From Candidatus Aminicenantes bacterium (GTDB lineage: Bacteria; Acidobacteriota; Aminicenantia; Aminicenantales; Aminicenantaceae), in the NCBI GenBank assembly GCA_030603565.1, contig JAUVXM010000006.1:607-64606 (forward strand): a DNA stretch of 64,000 bases. Reading direction: 5' to 3'. The translations under genes and the position numbers were made by a program. Under the pieces are notes generated by a model. It was not told where the DNA came from, made no database searches, and saw nothing but the letters and a program-made list of their open reading frames with translations. Below, piece by piece: positions 59,507 through 64,000 of this stretch; the stretch's first letter is position 1, and the number at the start of each line of letters is the position of its first letter.

Positions 59507-60337
59507 ATGAAAATCGCACTTATACAACAGCATGCCACAAAAGACAGTACAGAAAATGTAGAGCGGGGAATTAAGGCTTTTCAGGCCGCAGCTGAAGCAG
59601 GAGCTGAACTTATAGCCTATGCAGAATTAGGTTTATTATATTTTCTTCCTCAGAATCCGGCTACTTCTGAATCTGCAGCCAAAGCAGAGAAGGTCCCTGG
59701 TCCGGTAATTGAAAAATTCCAAAAACTTGCCGCCCATTATGGAGTAGTCACTGTTTTAAATGTATTTGAAAAAGCCGGAGATAAGACTTTTGACTCATCT
59801 CCTGTGATAGATGGCGATGGCAAGCTTCTGGGAGTTACACGCATGGCCCATGTTATGGATGGCCTGGGTTTTTATGAAAAAGGATATTACACACCTGGAG
59901 ATAATAAAAGATTCGTTTATGACACAAAAATAGGCAAATTAGGAATAGCGATCTGTTATGACCGTCATTTTCCCGAATATATGCGAAACCTGGCGCTCCA
60001 GGGGGCTGAGATTGTAATCGTCCCCCAAGCCGGTGCTTTAGGAGAATGGACAGAAGGATTATTCGAAGCAGAGCTTCAAGTAGCAGCTTTTCAGAACGGC
60101 TATTTTGCAGCTCTGGTTAATCGGGTAGGTAAAGAAGATACTCTCCATTTTGCCGGCGGGTCATTTATAGTCGATCCTGACGGCCGCCTTCTTGCTCAAG
60201 CACCGCAGGAAGAAGATTTTATTCTCTATGCGGAAGTTGATTTAAAGAAAGTATCGGATTGTGCTGCAAAGAAATATTTTCTAAATGACCGAAGGCCGGA
60301 TTATTACAAAAAGTTTTCTCTGCTTGATCAGGAATAA
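59507..60337 (+). CDS. Carbon-nitrogen hydrolase (nitrilase superfamily)
   Basis: Predicted catalytic residues: E in AYAELG, K, and C in IAICYD. The start was re-set to MKIALIQQ at 59507; the ORF track's 59432 start overlaps the aldolase. Confidence 0.75.
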   Translation: MKIALIQQHATKDSTENVERGIKAFQAAAEAGAELIAYAELGLLYFLPQNPATSESAAKAEKVPGPVIEKFQKLAAHYGVVTVLNVFEKAGDKTFDSSPVIDGDGKLLGVTRMAHVMDGLGFYEKGYYTPGDNKRFVYDTKIGKLGIAICYDRHFPEYMRNLALQGAEIVIVPQAGALGEWTEGLFEAELQVAAFQNGYFAALVNRVGKEDTLHFAGGSFIVDPDGRLLAQAPQEEDFILYAEVDLKKVSDCAAKKYFLNDRRPDYYKKFSLLDQE

Positions 60338-60339
60338 TA

Positions 60340-60819
60340 ATGAGAAAGTGGTATGTTATCAACACCAGACCAAAAAAAGAAGCCCAGGTGGAAAAACTGT
60401 TTCAGGAAGGTGGTTTTGAGATATATAATCCAAAATATATACATGAAAAAAAGGTGAAGCCTTTCTTTAATGGATATGAATTTATTAATTTTGAATATCC
60501 GGAACAGTATCGAACAGTAAAGTATACACGAGGCGTAAAAAAGATTGTCGGTAATGGAGACCAGGCTGTTCCGATTCCGGATGAAATTATAAAAGAGATA
60601 AAAGATAGAGAGGTCAATGGTTATATTGAGCTGGAGAAATATGGAGTGGAGCCGAATACCGGAGATGAGATAGAGGTCATGGAAGGCCCGTTTAAAGGGT
60701 TTAAGGGGATATTTAAAAAGGAGTTATCCCAGAAGGAAAGAGTTCTTGTTCTGTTAAATTATATAACTTACCAGGGACGGATTATTATTGAAAAGAAAAA
60801 AATAAAAAAGGTCTTATAA
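60340..60819 (+). CDS. NusG-like specialised transcription antiterminator paralog (NGN plus KOW)
   Basis: 159 aa. NGN start KWYVINTRPKKE. KOW motif GDEIEVMEGPFKGFKGIFK. Not in a secE-nusG-rplK context. Confidence 0.65.
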   Translation: MRKWYVINTRPKKEAQVEKLFQEGGFEIYNPKYIHEKKVKPFFNGYEFINFEYPEQYRTVKYTRGVKKIVGNGDQAVPIPDEIIKEIKDREVNGYIELEKYGVEPNTGDEIEVMEGPFKGFKGIFKKELSQKERVLVLLNYITYQGRIIIEKKKIKKVL

Positions 60820-60839
60820 TTTTTTATGAATAATTTAGG

Positions 60840-61823
60840 TTAATTACAGAGGATTTCTTTTAATTTATCGATACTAATTTTTGCCCCACTTATAACTAGA
60901 ACTACATTTTGACTAGCAAACTTTTCTTTATTTTTTAAAAAAGCCGCAACCGGAAGGGCTGCTGCTCCTTCGATTAGAAGATAGTGTTTTATTAGGATTA
61001 ATTTAAGAGCTGATTTTATTTCCTGTTCAGAAAGAAGGATGAATTTGTCCACTAAATCCCTGCATATGTTAAATGTGATAGTATCCGGTTCGATCCCCCC
61101 GGCTGTTCCATCTGAGATAGTCGGCAATGATTCTAGGGTAAGAACGCGGCCCGCCTTGATTGATTCATACATAACCGGAGAGTTTACCGGCTGGCACCCG
61201 ATAATTGTGATATCTTTATTGTGGGTTTTTAGAAATCCTGCTATACCGGAGATTAGTCCACCACCTCCGACTGGGGCGATCACTGTGTTGATCGGATCAA
61301 GCTGCCGTGAAAGCTCTACACCTATTGTTGCCTGGCCTCCAATTATTTGGGGGTCATTGTAAGGAGAGATATAGGTCAATTTTTTGTTTTCTGCTGTTTC
61401 TTTAGCCTTGAGCTCGGCTTTGACACAGTCATCTCCGTACTGTTTGATTTGAGCTCCATAAGTGAGTAAAGCTTCGATTTTGGCTGGAGAGGCGATTTTC
61501 GGCAAGAAAATAGTGCCCTTAGTATTAAATTTTTTGGTCAAATAGGCAAAAGCCATGCCATGGTTGCCGGAAGATGCAGTTATAATACCTTTTTTTTTTT
61601 CCTGTTTTGGCAGGGAGAGAAGCTTGTTCATAGCTCCGCGAAGTTTAAAAGAACCGGTCAACTGTATGTTTTCCAATTTGAGATATACTTTGCAGTTTCC
61701 TGCGCTGCTTAAATAAGGGGAGTATTCAAGGGGAGTTTCCCGAATATACTGCCTTATCCGCTTTTCTGCAGCCAGGCCTTCTCTGGCTATATCTTCAGAT
61801 TTAAAGGTTTTAATTTCGTTCAT
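60840..61823 (-). CDS. Catabolic threonine/serine dehydratase (PLP, no ACT domain)
   Basis: 327 aa with motifs GSFKLRGA and SSGNHGMAFA. Confidence 0.8.
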   Translation of the reverse strand: MNEIKTFKSEDIAREGLAAEKRIRQYIRETPLEYSPYLSSAGNCKVYLKLENIQLTGSFKLRGAMNKLLSLPKQEKKKGIITASSGNHGMAFAYLTKKFNTKGTIFLPKIASPAKIEALLTYGAQIKQYGDDCVKAELKAKETAENKKLTYISPYNDPQIIGGQATIGVELSRQLDPINTVIAPVGGGGLISGIAGFLKTHNKDITIIGCQPVNSPVMYESIKAGRVLTLESLPTISDGTAGGIEPDTITFNICRDLVDKFILLSEQEIKSALKLILIKHYLLIEGAAALPVAAFLKNKEKFASQNVVLVISGAKISIDKLKEILCN

Positions 61824-61825
61824 TA

Positions 61826-63247
61826 TTAGCTCCTAATTTGTTTTCTCTTCCAGTAAAAGTAAACCGGGATTCCCAGAGCAGTCAGTAAAATTCCTGCTAA
61901 AGCCTCGACTGGTTTTACAAACAAGGTGTTTAAGAGAATACCAACAGATGTTATGATGAAGATGATCGGAACAACCGGATATCCCCAAGTTTTATAAGGC
62001 CGAGGAAGGTCCGGGCGTTTTTTTCTTAAAGTAAAGACTGAGGCGGTAGCAGCAATCCAGAATAAAATTGCGATAAACATGGCAAAAGTGAATATCTGTT
62101 CAAAAGTGCCGACCAGAGTGAGCAATGATGCCCAGATCGCTTGGATGAGGATTGAAAATCCGGGTGTACGGAAACGGGGGTGTACACGGGAGACTCGCTG
62201 AAAAAAAAGCTTATCTTTTGCCATGGCATAATATACTCTAGGTCCTACTAAGATCGAGCCATTAAGAGCACCAAAGGTGGAAATAACTACAGCTGCAGAA
62301 ATAACAGCACCGGTTGAGGCTCCGAAAAGAGCGCCTGTAGCTTTTTCTGCTATCCTTACAACGCCTGAGATCTCTGCTATAGGTAGAGCATAGAGGTAGA
62401 TATAATTTATTAGAATGTATAATGCGGTTATTCCCAGAGTACCTAAAATCAGGGTAAGGGGAAGATTGCGTTTGGGATTTTTTATTTCACCGGCAATAAA
62501 ATTGATATTGTTCCAGCCGTCAAAAGCCCAAGAAACCGCTATTAAAGCTAATCCAAATCCGATTATTAGCTGACTGAGGCTGAATCCTCCCGTGTTTAGG
62601 GATAAGTCAATGGATGTTCCTTTTCCAATAGCAAATCCAAGAGTGATTATCGTGACTATGGTCCCGATCTTAACTATGGTAAAAATGTTCTGGATGAATT
62701 TGCCGAAGCCCACTCCGATGAAATTAATTATAGAAAGCAAGATGATGACTAAAACTCCGATAAGCTGACCGGCTGAGAGGGTATAATGAATCGGGTGGCC
62801 GAATAGATTTATGACCTGGGAAAATATTATATTATCTATTGATAAAACAGGAAAAAAATAACCGAAATACTCTGCGAAAGCTAAGGCCAAGCCTGCAATA
62901 CCGCCGGTCATATACACCAAAAACAATATCCATCCGAAGAGAAATCCGGCCATTTGACCGTATGCTTCGCGAAGATAGACATATTGTCCGCCGGCCTCAG
63001 GCATGGCTGCGCCAAGCTCTGCGTAAGTAAGAGCTCCTGCCAGTGTGAGAAGGCCTCCTACTAACCAGGCAAGCAGGATAAGCATGGGTGAAGGAATTGA
63101 TTTTGCCATAATGCCGGTAGTGAGAAAAATGCCGGATCCGATAACAATGCCCACCATTACCATAGTAGAGTCAAAAAGACCGAGTTTTCGTTCCAGAGTG
63201 GATGGAGGATTATTTGTTTCTTTTGACATATAGCGTAATATTATCAT
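61826..63247 (-). CDS. APC-superfamily amino-acid permease
   Basis: 473 aa, 12 TM, APC/LAT-like. Co-directional with the dehydratase, with a 3-nt gap. Confidence 0.8.
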   Translation of the reverse strand: MIILRYMSKETNNPPSTLERKLGLFDSTMVMVGIVIGSGIFLTTGIMAKSIPSPMLILLAWLVGGLLTLAGALTYAELGAAMPEAGGQYVYLREAYGQMAGFLFGWILFLVYMTGGIAGLALAFAEYFGYFFPVLSIDNIIFSQVINLFGHPIHYTLSAGQLIGVLVIILLSIINFIGVGFGKFIQNIFTIVKIGTIVTIITLGFAIGKGTSIDLSLNTGGFSLSQLIIGFGLALIAVSWAFDGWNNINFIAGEIKNPKRNLPLTLILGTLGITALYILINYIYLYALPIAEISGVVRIAEKATGALFGASTGAVISAAVVISTFGALNGSILVGPRVYYAMAKDKLFFQRVSRVHPRFRTPGFSILIQAIWASLLTLVGTFEQIFTFAMFIAILFWIAATASVFTLRKKRPDLPRPYKTWGYPVVPIIFIITSVGILLNTLFVKPVEALAGILLTALGIPVYFYWKRKQIRS

Positions 63248-63345
63248 ACTTTTTTATAGAGAAGAATCAAATTTGAATTTAATACTATCTATTTTTTCAT
63301 CTTTTTTTCCGGATTTCCTTTCAAATTTTATTCAGGCTAAGATCA

Positions 63346-63500
63346 GACATGGATACTGGTAAATCCCGCAGAAAGCCATCCGGAACAACGCGGGCATGGT
63401 TCCTCGAGAAAATCTCGAGGAGAGCGTTGTGAGGACAGGAAGGGATTTCCCGGCCGGGGGAAATCCCTGTCTTTCGCAGGGACTTACCAGTATCCATGCC
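63346..63500 (+). repeat. Family-A structured intergenic element, copy 3
   Basis: Perfect 15-bp terminal inverted repeats CATGGATACTGGTAA / TTACCAGTATCCATG. Internal hairpin GGGATTTCCCggccGGGGGAAATCCC. Confidence 0.8.
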
Positions 63501-63563
63501 GGCTCTTTCCGACCCAGCTTCCCATTTGCTACAAGCAAAGACACACCTGAATTTCATCTTAAC

Positions 63564-63624
63564 ATTTACTATTTAAAATTTTCTAAGTATCATACATATA
63601 GACATTTTTTATAAATAGTTCAGG
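63564..63624 (+). promoter_or_regulatory. Conserved intergenic motif (family C), extended version, site f
   Basis: ATTTACTATTTAAAATTTTCTAAGTATCATACATATAGACATTTTTTATAAATAGTTCAGG. Confidence 0.4.
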
Positions 63625-63927
63625 TGGAACTTGATTATTCACGAGGCGAGGTTGCCGCAGATATGTAAAAGCGGAAAATAGAAAAACCGTGAAATGTGAA
63701 TTGTAATAATTAAAGCGTTATGTTAAAAGATTTGTATCTTATGAAATTCTGATGTGGCTGAAGCGACATTGAAGATTTAGCCTTCTGATGAGTTTTTTCG
63801 AGGGAATCCGACGTAGTCGGACGTCGAGTATGTTTGACCCACGGACGGGGGGAGTTACGCAGACGCCGAGAAAAACGAAGAGGAATGGCGTTAAAAATCT
63901 GAAGCGAGCAAAAGCCACACCTGAATT

Positions 63928-63956
63928 TCATACATATAGACATTTTTTATGAATAA
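63928..63956 (+). promoter_or_regulatory. Conserved intergenic motif (family C), site g, running into the RBS of the last gene
   Basis: TTCATACATATAGACATTTTTTATGAATAATAAAGGAG. Preceded by CACACCTGAATTTCAT, which is also present at 63542. Confidence 0.4.
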
Positions 63957-63971
63957 TAAAGGAGATAGCAT

Positions 63972-64000
63972 ATGAAGACAATAGGCCTTATCGGAGGAAT
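63972..64000 (+). CDS. Start of a CDS, possibly Asp/Glu racemase family (only 9 codons visible)
   Basis: RBS AAAGGAG followed by ATG. MKTIGLIGG resembles the N-terminus of aspartate racemases. Confidence 0.3.

Noticed and set aside
63780-63900. CTGATGAG ... CGAGAAAAAC resembling hammerhead-ribozyme core boxes
   Set aside because: There is no properly placed GAAA or stem II/III arrangement and no cleavage-site UH context. It is probably chance.

Overview
This 64-kb window is chromosomal, roughly 40% GC, and uses canonical Shine-Dalgarno sites and sigma70-like TTGACA/TATAAT promoters. It most likely comes from an uncultivated anaerobic bacterium that ferments peptides and amino acids; the phylum cannot be assigned from sequence alone.

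**Housekeeping.** The window carries hflK-hflC, dnaX-ybaB-recR, tadA, tRNA-Ser(CGA), tRNA-Ser(GGA), an initiator-type tRNA-fMet, a type-A RNase P RNA (rnpB) and a stand-alone nuoJKLMN membrane-arm operon.

**Metabolic theme.** Many genes point to amino-acid and peptide catabolism: pyruvate:ferredoxin oxidoreductase, ornithine aminotransferase, a Na+/alanine symporter, Fe-S L-serine dehydratase, catabolic threonine dehydratase with an APC permease, Xaa-Pro aminopeptidase, an M16 peptidase pair, and a DPP-IV-like S9 peptidase in a compact operon with a sulfatase and a GH95 alpha-fucosidase. Two tandem RND permeases lie at the start of the window.

**Unusual features, in order of interest.**
1. 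A ~155-nt structured repeat with 15-18-bp terminal inverted repeats is present in three copies, each in the 5' region of a plus-strand gene. It is a candidate novel ncRNA/cis-regulatory element or MITE.
2. A second ~170-nt repeat family (two copies) shares a conserved 19-bp hairpin showing covariation, and sits next to threonine synthase and serine dehydratase.
3. A 35-60-nt conserved motif occurs at seven intergenic sites, usually about 20 nt upstream of a start codon.
4. An AT-rich segment immediately downstream of tRNA-fMet looks like a decayed genomic island. It carries a zinc-ribbon/PEGA Ser/Thr kinase, an outer-membrane beta-barrel protein, a TPR-PEGA protein, an IS256-family transposase fragment, a tandem-repeat lipoprotein and a stand-alone receiver protein.
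5. rnpB overlaps the 3' end of a sigma54-dependent response-regulator ORF.
6. A NusG-like paralog ends an alcohol dehydrogenase / aldolase / C-N hydrolase operon.

No CRISPR array, intact mobile element or classical defence system was found.
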